Shown here piece after piece: positions 16,120 to 27,920 of a DNA stretch of 64,000 bases. The position numbers were made by a program, and so were the translations under genes. The number at the start of each line of letters is the position of its first letter. Position 1 is the stretch's first letter. The notes below the pieces were generated by a model. The model made no database searches and had not been told where the DNA came from. It was given only the letters and a program-made list of their open reading frames with translations. This DNA comes from the human T2T-CHM13v2.0 reference genome, Homo sapiens. The stretch lies in assembly GCF_009914755.1 (NCBI RefSeq), contig NC_060928.1, one strand, 5' to 3'.

Positions 16120-16530
16120 GCTAAGACTATAGGTTGAGTACTAGACTATACGAGTTTGAATAATTGCTCTACTGTTTACTAGCTAGATATGCTTATGCAA
16201 GTTATTTAGACTCTTTCTGTCTCAATTTCTTTATATATATATATAATGAGCATAACAGTAATCTTTACTTCATGTGTTGTTGTGAAGGTCAAATGAGCTG
16301 ATACATTCAAAACATTTAGAAAACTTCCTGGTGCAATAGAAAAACTACCTGTTTGGGTACTGTGCCCATTACTTGGGTTACAAAATGATCTGTACACCAA
16401 ACCAGTGGCACACACAATTTACCCATGGAGCAAACCTGTGCATGTACCCCCTGCAACTAAAATAGAAATTGGAAGAAAAAAAAGGAATTTCCTTGTACAA
16501 AGTAAGCATTTGATAATAATCAGCTAGTGG
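16120..16530 (+). mobile_element. MIR interrupted by a short L1PA15/16-like 3' end (~16338-16482)
   Basis: MIR core (gcaagttatttagactctttctgtctcaatttc; gttgttgtgaaggtcaaatgag); L1 tail aaacctgtgcatgtaccccctgcaactaaaatag + A-run flanked by degenerate TSD aacttcctggtgcaa / aatttccttgtacaa. Confidence 0.75.
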
Positions 16531-18780
16531 TCATAGTAATTTTAATTCATATAAAATGTCAGTTTTGTTGTCAAGGGAAAAATTTTCACAATATGATATA
16601 CAAAAGTTAATGCAAAAGTAATGAACTTTTGGTACATGCTACAACATGGATGGACTTGACATGCGAATGGAAGTAAGCCAGACAAAAAGGCATCAGTATT
16701 TCTCATCTCCCTTTTTGCTTTTACTTCCCATTTGCAACCCATCTCAAGGGAGGACAATGGAAGGAAAGGGGTAAAAATAATATTTAAGAAAGAAACAGGA
16801 GAGAAAGTAAAAGAAAAAGCAAAATAGTGAGACAGAGGAACAGTTGCAGGGGTCGTTAATATGCATTTTCCATGGTTCCAAGAGGCTCCTCAATTTTATT
16901 TTCCCTGATTGAAACTTCAAAGAACAACTTTTTGATTAAAAAATTAAATTTCCCAGTAATTGCCAGCCTGAACAAGATGTGAATTGGCAGACCCAGTGGT
17001 AGCTTCTAGATTTACTGACAAAAGAAATATTCTGGGCTGGTAGAGCAGACACTCAGCTGGTGAGTCAGCTGACTGAGGTGCCTTTATCTGTCTTTCTCTA
17101 CTTTGCCCAGTCCTCTGAGAGTGTGAGACAGCCACAGCCCATAAAAGAAGTCATTTGGTAAACATCTAAGGGTTGGATTTAGAAAAAATGGAGGATGGTT
17201 TGGGTCATAGGATTTGGGATACAGTAAGAGGTCATAAAGGCAATAACTGGTTAGTTGTACGTAGAGGCTGTGGGCACAGTTAATTTGTGTGGAGGAAAAG
17301 AAGAATGATTTGATGCTCAGATGTTTTTGAGAAAAAGGTTTTTATATTAATGTTGGAAAAAACCCTAAAGATAACTTTAATTATGTACTACAAATAAATT
17401 GTTTTTAACTTTATATTTTTTCTTAAATTTAGGGTGAAATTGAATTGCTTTTGTCTAATTATTATGAAATATGACTTCTTATACTTTGGAAAATAAGAGT
17501 TATGGTTTTGAAACACTAGAATACAGTTGTTTTTGATTTGACTCATTTTATTTGACCTAAAAAATAGAAATTAGGTTATGTATGATTATGATGAATGGAA
17601 TTTTCTAGGAAGCAAAATTGGTTCAATCAGAGCAATTATTGTTTTTCATTGTTGTTAGCCCAGAAGCAGTAGGACCAGTCTTTGTGTTATTCTTTACCGA
17701 TGTCTCTCTAGATATTATAGTCAATTTGCTTTATTCAGCGGTGAAGGAAGCATTACAGGATATGTTGTTATATTATCAGAGAGTTACATGTGGATAATGG
17801 TAACAGCCACAGTGTCTGAGGCTAATTTTTCAGGAAAAGAATTGACTAATTATTAAAGCTTTTCTTATTTAGGCAATTGCAGATAATTTTGTATCATTGA
17901 ATAATTTTTAGTAAAAGTAGTTCCCCTCTATTTTGGAAAGGAAAATTTAAGGAAACAATAGAAGCTCAGAGGAAAGATTGACTTTTGAAAAAGTAAATAT
18001 TACACCTAACACTTTGATGAAATGTACACCTAACTAATACCTTTATCCAGAAGGAAAATTGCATTTGTCTCTGACACTTGAATGGAAGAACAGTTTAAAA
18101 AATGGTTTAATAAAGGGTATTACCTTTATTTTTTTACTGATATTTGCTTTAATAAAATTATATTTAATTAAATTATATTAGATTTTAAATTGTTTTTGAA
18201 ATGAAGGACATCCATTTGTAATTACACACAAAAATATTTTTTATTTTCTCTTTTATCTCAGTTTTATCTCCTCAATTTTCTCAATTGGTATAATGGTATA
18301 AGGAGAAACATAAATTATGATTTTTCTGTAATTATTCTGAAATAGAAAACTTCTGAAAAATTGGTAGACCTTGAGGAAATATTTAAATGATGCCATCTAA
18401 AGATGATGCTGAGTAAAATATTCATTATTCTTTATAAACAAAATTACAGAGTAGATGAAATTTGTCTTAATTCCCTTGTTAGCTTTCCTCCCATTCATAT
18501 AATTCCTATCACCCTATGACCTCCAAACACACACACACACAACCCTGTATCCGGTTTTAACCATCTTGCAGGGGTAATAACTAATTCCTTACTACCAGTG
18601 AAACCTGATAAAGGTTTAGGTACAAAGTCTATAATGGTTTATTTGCATTTTATAAAAGGAGAAGGGTGGGGAGGTTGGCAGATGAGATTGGAATCATAAC
18701 AACTTAGTGAAGTTACCTCTGGGTGGAGTCCTTTTGATATTGCTTACTTTCCCTACGAAGGGCTATCAGTGCTGCTCTCC

Positions 18781-18832
18781 CACAGTGCACACACACATGC
18801 ATGCACACACACACTCGTGCAAGAATGCATGT
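18781..18832. repeat. Mixed (CA)/(TG) purine-pyrimidine alternating tract
   Basis: cacagtgcacacacacatgcatgcacacacacactcgtgcaagaatgcatgt. Confidence 0.7.
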
Positions 18833-20484
18833 GATAGTGGAACAAATAATGAACAATGAACTATGTTATAATAACTCTGAAAAGGTACTCACTCAGCTAT
18901 AGTCTGACTTGAGCTTTTTCTCTGACTAGATTTTTTACCTCAAAGGCAGTTGTACAGACAACACTAGTAATCATTGTAAATTAAATTCTTTCTATTGTCA
19001 CAATCTGGCAGTGTTAAGGACAATTTCAGTTCACTGCAGAAAATATATTTGAAGGATATTTTCCCAAATATTTGAGTGAACTTCCTTTTTAGAGTAATTA
19101 TTTGTTAATTTGAGAAGTTTCATTTAGATTTTATCTATACAATAAGTTGTCAGCTAAAGGTGGACAAATAAATAAATAATACCATAAAATTTTAGATGTA
19201 TGTTGCTTGTGCCCCCCTCTACAAAGAGAAAACAGTATTATGAGAAATATCATAAAGCATATCAAAATGGAAATATCTCCCCAGTGACTGCTGTGTGCTT
19301 GAAGTATCTAGCACTAGTCTAGAAATAGCACCTAGGGGAGGAGATTCTGTTAAATTGTGAATATATGTCTTGAAACCTGTAAGACATTTTGCCATGGCTC
19401 GAAAGTGACAAGTTTGTGCCTAGTTTATTATTACATTAGTTGATTGTCATGTTACAGAGTAGACAACACAATACTGAGGTAAAAAGAAATAGACAAGAAG
19501 GCTCTCATTTGAAGCAAAACACAGTACTGGCCAATCCCATAGCATCTTGATCTGTCAGCAGCCCCTGTTGGGAGTTGGCAGAAAGATTTGCACCAAAGAG
19601 TAAGTTTCTAAGTGACACCAAAATGTTCGGTGGGGATGGCTGAAGATCTGACTGACTTCTTAAAATTTTTCTTTAGAGAGTTGTACCTAGGTGTCCATTA
19701 AAAAATATTGCTGGAGCATGGAGGGTAGGGAAGCTGATAGTAGAACCTCAGACAAATGATATTTTGAAGAGACAGTGCAACAGACTGAACATGTAGCAGT
19801 ATTTTATTGAAAGGTTTTATTAATCGAATAAAAATGAGAGCATGCTACATTTTAAACATACAACTCAAATTAACTGCTAGAAAAGTGAAAACTTGGTGCA
19901 ATTGTTCTGAACTTAACCAGGTAAAGTGTTTGCTCAGCCTGCAGATGGTGTGAAACACTTGGCATAGTTTCTGGACTCCTGGGGTGAGAAGTGTGAACTC
20001 TGAAACAAGGAATGGCAATGTGGTGATGATCTTAGTGGAGACAATGTGAGGGCAGAGAGGGGAGAACAGGAAATGCAACTTTCCATACCTAAAGGAATAG
20101 TGTGCTTTACCTGCCAGCCTGAAATGACAGTGACTGCTGCAGTTCTAGATTTTCTACATAGTTGGATACAAAAGAAAGGAACAATTCCTGCCTCTGTGCC
20201 AAAACTTCCATATTCCTTAGGGTTTTGACAAGAATTTGGATTACCTTGACCTAGGGAATAGGAGTGAGGATAATCACCATCCGTCTCTAGCCCATGTGAG
20301 GACAGTATTCCCATCAGTGTCACTCGCTGTTGTATCTGAGAGTCAGCAGTATTGAGTGAAGGAACGACCTGAAGAGAGCATGAGAAGGTACATTCACACC
20401 TTCACAATATGTGCGGATTAGGGATCTACAATCTTTGGTGAGGAGAAACTGCTTTTTATTTCCCTGGACCTTTATTTCAACCTG

Positions 20485-20800
20485 CATTCATTCAACAGAT
20501 GCCTTCTGAGGACCTCCTACATATTATTGACTGATTTGTTTCTCTGGCAGCCTACTATTATAGAGATAAAAGTTGTCATCACTCATGGGAGGTAAAAGAA
20601 TGAACATGGCCTCCTCCCTAGTTGAGTACTTGAAAGGCAGACATGAGAAACATGATTAAATGAATAATTTTTAAATGTTGATTTTCAATATTGATCTTTG
20701 AAAAAGAAGTCAAATGTACAATATGGATACGTGATGAACAGAGGAGTAAGTCTGCCTTGTGATTAGGGAAAGCATCTCATTTGAGACCTAAAGAAGGTAC
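20485..20800 (-). mobile_element. L2 3' fragment
   Basis: cattcattcaacagatgccttctgaggacctcctac...gggaaagcatctcatttgagacctaaaga; diverged, approximate ends. Confidence 0.5.
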
Positions 20801-22110
20801 CAGTGCTGATAATAAAGTAATAAGGAGGAAGTGCTGACATAAAACATATGCCACTGTTATCTGTATGCCCTTCCATTCTGAAAGACAAGAGGGATGGAGA
20901 TGAATAATGTCCCCAGTCCTCAAGCAAAATATTAGTCTTGTTTAATGGATTATACTTGAATACAGTATATAAATCTCTCTACTGAAAATGTCTACAATGA
21001 AATGATTTTGACAATTGAATATGTAATTAAATTTAAAATATTTATCTGTGCTTTCTACAACAATTTCAAGGAAGTGAGGCATTATTATCAATGGAAGATA
21101 TTTTGTTTTCACAAAGGATTACTACATCCCTCATTAGAGACCAATCTAACACAGATAACATGGTACTTTTTTGATGGCAGGTGTTCAGTGCGTTCACTGA
21201 ATTGAATTGCAATTCATATTGTGCCACATTAGGTTCCTCACAATTAAGCATTTTCATGTTGAGTTACAAAATTGCCTACTTTCAGGGAATAATGTATTCA
21301 ACAGCTCTCAACTATCTTGCATTGTCTAGGAGTGGAACAGAACAATAAATCTTGGATCTTGATCACCAAGAAATAATCTGGTTAGGATGCTGTCTTTGGG
21401 CAGTTCTACTTTAGATATGAGGCAGCCAAAGAGTTAAGAGACTTGCTCTAGGTCCCAGGCACATTACATATTTTTATGTGTCCCTTCTCTCATAAAATAA
21501 AAGTGCTTACTGCCACCCTCAAGAGATATGTGTCAGGTTCTTATACTCCTGTGGGATAAGGTTAAATCATTTCAATAGGTCTTGCAGGAAATCAGTGGCA
21601 CAGCTGTTTATAAAACCTAAGATGTTTAACCCTGGGTGACTTTTTGAACCCTGCTCTTAGTATCAAAAGCAAATACTGTGATTCATTTTCATCTACATCA
21701 GTGTCTGTCTGAAGCCTTAAAGAGAGAAAAGGTGTCACTGATCATAACATATGAATTAGAAACCATAAATGAGTAAACTGCTTCTCAGTACAGAGAACAA
21801 AGTACTTATCATTTACCAATATGATGATATTGTATAACGAAATGTATACTTACAACTATCATTAGGAAATCCCCATTTTAAATATTCCTTGAGGCCTTAA
21901 TAGAAATGTGATTTCTTAACAGGTACCTCCTTTAGCCTATGAATCTCTAATTTGTCTTTAGGTTAGAATATAGGTAAAAACTGTAAAGTGTACCTTTTTC
22001 CTTTTCTATTTTTTTGTTTGTTTTTTGCTCCTCTCTTTCTCTGTGCTTTGTGTCCATAAACTGTCACTTTGCTGCCTGTGATTTCCTGGTTTTTCCCCCC
22101 CATGGTGTAG

Positions 22111-22177
22111 TGTAACCAAGGCCTCTTTTGTGTTGCACCCTAATAAAGTGTACAAGTTGAGCATCTACCCTTTCTTG
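22111..22177 (+). other. Candidate alternative exon (67-nt cassette or short terminal exon) of an unidentified + strand host transcript
   Basis: Acceptor gtgtag at 22105-22110 after 120 nt without AG; possible donor ttg|gtatct after 22177; AATAAA at 22142-22147; no transcript evidence available. Confidence 0.4.
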
Positions 22178-22422
22178 GTATCTTTTTCTGCATCGTTTTT
22201 CCCTTTCATCTTTGCTGTGATAATCTGATAAATTAATATTCTTTACAGTTTTAATGACTGCTAATAGATTAATGCATCTTAATGACTGTTAATGGCTTAA
22301 TGTGCTGCACCTCCTGGGTAAAATGTTTGCATTTTAAAAGGGCTTTTTAGAATCCTAACCTTATTTAAAGACATGACTCTGTGAGTATCCAAAACCTGTT
22401 GACAAATCACTTAGGAGAAATA

Positions 22423-22602
22423 CCATGTTAGATTTTTTTTTCACATTTTAACATCTCTGAGAACAAGAATGCATTCTTAAAATTGGTGTGATTAAAAAAC
22501 ACTGCATCATAGATTGGAGGCATTTTTTATTTCATTCTTAGTGATGCATAAAATAATCATATGTCTTAAAATCAATGACATTGTAGATTTGATAAAATAC
22601 AG
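22423..22602. mobile_element. MER104-like TcMar-Tc2 MITE
   Basis: ttttcacattttaacatctctga...ttcttagtgatgcataaaataat...tagatttgataaaatacag matches the recalled MER104 consensus; TA flanks. Confidence 0.75.
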
Positions 22603-23768
22603 TAGCTATTTTTTTTTTTTTTTTGGCCACCGTTGAAATCATACCTTGTGGTAGATGGTAATTACCTCCCTTATCGGATTTCACTCACACACACACACAA
22701 ACTCAATTCTGTATCCACTAAACACTCATAAACATATCCTGGCACCATCGAACCATGACATTCTCTAATTGGCTGCTGTGGAAGCTACAATTAAAATTTT
22801 AGGGTTTTTTTGAGCCACAGCGAAGAATGCTTTCTAAACTTGGCTTAAGACATTTGTAAGAAATCTGCACTGGAAATGACATTCTATTTATAACATCTAT
22901 TTGCTATTTTAAAAAATGTCATTTATAATACTTTGGTTCCTCTTATTCTGTCTCACTTTGCTTTGAGGGAGAGAATGATAAATATGAGTAAACACCACAG
23001 ATGAATATAGTGTCTTGAAGGACTGGTGATATTTTTAAAGATGAAAAGGCTTTGTATCTGTAATTACTGATCATGTGATACACAATTTCAAATAAAAGAG
23101 TTAATTTCGTCCTTTCTTTTTGGAAGACATTAGAAACAGTTGCAGAAGAAAAAGCAAGCTCATCAACAACAAAAAAACAGTCAGAAAATTGGCTAAAATT
23201 CAGCTCTTTGTGCTCTTGAGACTGAAAACCATGGCTGAAAGAAAGCTTTTCAATTTCCTACCATGTATATTCATTGCCTCCTTTTAGATTGGTTTACTTT
23301 TTTGAAGCAGTTAAGTAGTAGTATTTCTTGGCAAAAGAAACGTGTTTAAACAATTCTTTAAATTCTGTTACTTATTCTTCCCACTTTCCACTCTTCTCCA
23401 TTGCTCATCCCATACCACCAACTTCACATTCCTGCTTGGGTTATGAGGTATGGGCACTAATGTATATTCCTCTAGGGTATCTTTTAATTTTATTTTTATT
23501 TAAGTTCAACATTGAGATAGTGGAGTTAAAGGATTTTTTAAAAAAATATATAGTAGCAGTCATATCTTCACTGTTTTATTATCAGTATATATTTTTCAGT
23601 ATTCTTTGTGAATAAGACTTTAATGTAGCTTCTATCATTGTAGTCTTATATTAAGAAGTCTTCCAAGAGTTTGAAAGTAGGGTTGAATTTTGCAGAGCCA
23701 CTACTTAGAAGATTACCAAATAAATGCTGAAATGTGAAAATATCAAAACCAATTATTTTCATGGACTT

Positions 23769-23842
23769 CTTAGTATGTATACCAATTACATACTAAGTCT
23801 TACATACTAAGTTTTACATACTAAATTTACATACTAAGTTTT
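23769..23842. repeat. 11-bp inverted repeat followed by 4 tandem copies of a ~14-bp unit (tacatactaagtyt)
   Basis: cttagtatgta-taccaat-tacatactaag hairpin, then tacatactaagtct/tacatactaagttt/tacatactaaatt/tacatactaagttt. Confidence 0.9.
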
Positions 23843-23915
23843 AGTACAACTAGAAACTATAGTTTTGTGAAATGTTAATATTACTCCATTAGCTCCTTCT
23901 TAATATCTTATCCTG

Positions 23916-24045
23916 AGAAATGCCATGTGACTTAGCAGGCGCATCTAGAATAATGAATTAAACCATCCAGCTCTGAGTCAGATGCTAATTAGAGAAAGGA
24001 CTCCTCCCAAAAAATAAATATGAACATTTTCAACCATATTTGCAT
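23916..24045 (+). repeat. 130-bp dispersed direct repeat, copy 1
   Basis: agaaatgccatgtgacttagcaggcgcatctag...catatttgcat; 6 mismatches and no indels versus 25388-25517 (manual alignment). Confidence 0.95.
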
Positions 24046-24746
24046 ATTTATCCTGGATTAGTATATTTCATATTAACACTCTTCAAAGAGAAGTGACCTG
24101 AGTGAATAAGAATTAGGATAGGAGACTATTACTATGGGAATAGAAAAAAATCTGATGAACCTGATTAAGCATTGGTAACTAATGGCAAGAGAAGTTTGCT
24201 ACACACAATAAAGAGGACTTGAGGGGTGTAGATATGAAAAAATGTAGTTTCTTTATATTTTTGCCTAGGGCTAGCCCAGGGGCTTTAGAAATGGATGGCT
24301 ATACTGTGGCTGACAGCAGGGTTGCAAAAATTAAGGTCATTTTTATGTACAGGTCTGTATTTTTTAAACTCTTTGACTGCGTTTTCATGTAAAACTTAAG
24401 TCCTTTAGCTGCCATGTTGTCACAAGAAGGAAGGAAGTATGTATTTAGAAGGTACTCATAGAAGCCCGTCAGACCAAGGATCTGTGAAATATGGTTTTGT
24501 CAAGAAAGGCACCTCTGAGTCTATTACAAGTACAATACAATGTGGTCTGTAATGAATCCCCAACCCTAGAGAGTTCTAAATATAGAATAGATAGTCAGGT
24601 CTTTGGATGGTTTAAGCATTAAACTGCCTAAAGGAAAGGATCTCCTCAGATGACCTCTCAGTGCCCCTTGCAGCTCTGTAATTCCAAGTCTGAGACAGTT
24701 GGCTTATGACGTGCACTGAGCATATGGATGTGCGCAAGTATGTTTA

Positions 24747-24830
24747 GTGTATATATGTATATATAGATGTGTGTATGTATGTATATATATAGATGTGTGT
24801 ATATATGTATGTATATATACATATATATAC
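24747..24830. repeat. (TA)/(TG) low-complexity microsatellite
   Basis: gtgtatatatgtatatatagatgtgtgtatgtatgtatatatatagatgtgtgtatatatg... Confidence 0.9.
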
Positions 24831-25387
24831 CATAGAGACGTTGTGTTTAATATTCGTAATGTTCCTTTTTTCTTATCCTGTTATATCCTGCAGAATTTGT
24901 GTTTTTTCTACCTTTCTCTGTGTATTTGCCTTATATACAAAAACATATACCTATTTACTTTTGCAGTTGAATAGCCAACACATGGAGCTCTTAAACGTTT
25001 AGTTTCTTCATTAAGCATTCTTACAATTTTATCCCTGATATTTTCTTAACAGAAAAGCTATGTGTGTCTGTTTAACTTTAAATATTGTGGTAAGAGGTGA
25101 AAGGCATATTTTCAATATAGTATGAGTTTTGTTGTTTACTAGGAGAAAGAAGTGTAAAGCATATAGTTTAGTTTGGAGACCCAGGATATTTACAGATACC
25201 AGTAGAGAAGGAAGATGTGGGATAGAATTAATATCTACTTGCATTTTGTTATTGTTTGTGGAACAATAAAAGGTTTTCTGGCATAGTCATTCTGATAGCG
25301 GCATGAGACTGCAGAGGATTAAACATTTATGCATTGTGATTTGGCTCTGAGGCGTGATAACTACAGTTGGTCGAGAAACTGAAGTAC

Positions 25388-25517
25388 AGAAATGCCATGT
25401 GACTTAGCAGGCGCATCTAGAATAATGAATTCAACCATCCAGCTCTGGGTCAGATGCTAACTAGAGAAAGGAGTCCTCCCAAAAAATAAATATGAACATT
25501 TTCAGGCATATTTGCAT
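25388..25517 (+). repeat. 130-bp dispersed direct repeat, copy 2
   Basis: Same sequence as 23916-24045 (~95% identity), offset 1472 bp. Confidence 0.95.
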
Positions 25518-26545
25518 TCAAGATGAAAAGTATAATCTGCTCTGTCATGAGTCCTGGGACAGGCATTGTACAGAAAGCTCAAAGAATTGTACATTGTTGT
25601 TTTAAGAACCAACACAGTAGTTGTTTCTTGCTGGTAAAATTATCCACAAAAAACTGGTCAAGGTCAGAATAGAGATTTCATCAGGATGCATGTAATTGCT
25701 TACAAATCTTTGCTACTTTTTTACTTACGCTAAAGGACAAAGCATTTTCATTTTCAGCTCTCAAATATTCCTCCTCACATTTTAACACCACCGGGGCTTT
25801 CATGGATTTGTGAATATTTGTATGTATGTGAGCTTGATAACAAACATAAATTTACAAACTTTAAAAGACAGGCTATTCTTGGCCACTTGTTCCCAGACAA
25901 TAGTGATAGGATTCCACTTGCCCTAAGGCCAGTTCTGGCCTGCATTTGTTGCCTTTGCCAAATTGCCATCTGGTTACTTTGTCATCCCTAGTCAGCTCTT
26001 TTATGTGATTAGGAAGGAACACTTCTTTGGGCAAGATGCTAGGTGCAGCTGTTAATTGGCACCAAGGTTTTCTTCCTAGTACTTGGAACAAAATGGTTAT
26101 TATCATCAGCAGCAACTTGAAAATAGAAAATTTGAAACTCTGCTCATATGACATAAAAATATTACCAGAAATATAAACTTTATATGTAATAGCTAACACA
26201 AATTGGAAAAGAGCTTCAAAGTTTATGCTATGTTCTTTAAAAAGTCAAAACAATCTAATGACAATTTACTATCATATCTAAAAATATTTAAGGAACTTTA
26301 CCTTGCCTTATAACTTCTTGTTTCTCTTTGGACTAGCTTGATTGAGTGATTATTTCTGTTCATAATGCATTAGGTTCTTGTAGGGTTTATAAAAAAGTGG
26401 AAGAAAGGGCTGGGCAAACCTTCCCAACACAGGACTCCCCAGAGAAGAGATTGACAGATGCTGCTTTTAGCAGAAGAATTGATGAGTCTTCTTTCTCCCT
26501 GTGTTTCGGGCCATTTCATAACTGCATTGTAACAATCTGAGTATG

Positions 26546-26590
26546 GGGGCGGGGGGTATAAAACCTGGTGTGAAGCACATGTACTAGTTT
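26546..26590 (+). promoter_or_regulatory. Candidate Pol II core promoter (GC box + TATA + Inr)
   Basis: GGGGCGGGG 26546-26554, TATAAAA 26557-26563, Inr-like CTAGTTT with A at 26586 (TATA at -29); motif evidence only. Confidence 0.3.
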
Positions 26591-27280
26591 ATACGGAGAA
26601 TGAGATAGATGGTCAGAAAGAGGTTTTTTGCCCCCCAGTTCCTAGTGCCAAGCTGGCCTGGCCCTTTGTTGGTCAAGATCATGTAATTTATGCATAAGAC
26701 AGAAGTCAAGTCCAAATTACCAAGAAGTGGAAAGGCTAGGGAGAGAGACAGCACTATACCAGTAGTGTGGGTGAGATGCAGTAAAGAGGACAAGTGGGTG
26801 TACCATGCATGGAAACTAACCTTTAACTCACTTATGCAGGGGTCCCTGCAGCATCTTGAGTTCTGGATACTCAGATATATTAGGAGAAGGAGCTGTGAGG
26901 AGATAGTGAGAGAGGCTGATAGTTATGTTTTCCAACAGTCTCCTCTCCTAAGGAGAAGAAATGGTTTCCTATGGAAAGTAGAAGCATAAGACAAGAACAG
27001 TTCTTCACAATAATCCTTGCCTTTAAGAAATCTACGTTTTCCTTGATGTGTGCAGACAAATAAAAGTAAAGCAGTAATTAAAAAATACCCAACAGTATGG
27101 TATAATGTGTTAATCTGTGACTTTTAGAATGTGGAAGTTTTCTACTATATACTAGAGACATTGCATTGAGTTAGCTTATGTAAAATTGCTGTCACTTTAC
27201 CCTGTACTTATTAAAAACAACATATAAAAGACTTCATACTAATTACAAAGGCATAAAAATTACAGAATGGAGAGATTGTG

Positions 27281-27633
27281 TGTATTAGTCCGTTTTCACG
27301 CTGCTGATAAAGACATACCTGAGGCTGGGCAATTTTCAAAGGAAAGAGGTTTAATTGGACTTATGGTTCCACGTGGCTGGGGAAGCCTCAGAATCATGGT
27401 GGAAGTCAAGGAGGAGCAAGTCACATGTTACGTGGATGGCAGCAGGCAAAGAGAGCTTGTGCAGGAAAACTCCCCCTTACAGTAGCCATCAGATCTTGTG
27501 AAACTCACTCACTATCATGAGAACAGCATGGGAAAGACCTGCCCCATGATTCAATCACCTCCCACCTGCTCCCTCCCACAACACGTGGGAATTCAAGATG
27601 AGATTTGGGTGGGGACACAGCCAAACCATGTCA
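27281..27633 (-). mobile_element. THE1 (THE1B-like) ERVL-MaLR solo LTR
   Basis: tgtattagtccgttttcacgctgctgataaagacatacc...gagatttgggtggggacacagccaaaccatgtca; TG...CA ends; perfect 5-bp TSD ttgtg (27276-27280, 27634-27638). Confidence 0.95.
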
Positions 27634-27711
27634 TTGTGACACAAGAATGAAAGGCACATCTCTGCAATGTATTCAGTAGACATTTAGTTCATTTTTATTA
27701 TGAGAAGCAAT

Positions 27712-27920
27712 ATTTCACTAGTGGTTGAGAATTTCAGCTTTGGAGCCACAAAGTCCTGGATTTGCCACCATTGCCGTGCAGTAGTTGTATGACCTTGTAA
27801 AAGACATTTACCCTCATTGAGACTATTTTCTTATATGACAAATAGGGATAATAGTAATTATCATGAAGAAAAATATGTAAAGCACCTAGTGCATCGTTCC
27901 TGGCCCATAACCGTTAATAA
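27712..27920 (+). mobile_element. MIR
   Basis: tagtggttgagaatttcagctttggagccac...gtatgaccttg...aaatagggataatagtaa...tgtaaagcacctag. Confidence 0.75.

Noticed and set aside
23786-23842. Short repeat array superficially CRISPR-like
   Set aside because: Eukaryotic DNA, 14-bp units without spacers, no cas genes
24747-25002. Cys/Tyr/Val/Ile-rich ORFs
   Set aside because: Translations of a TA/TG microsatellite
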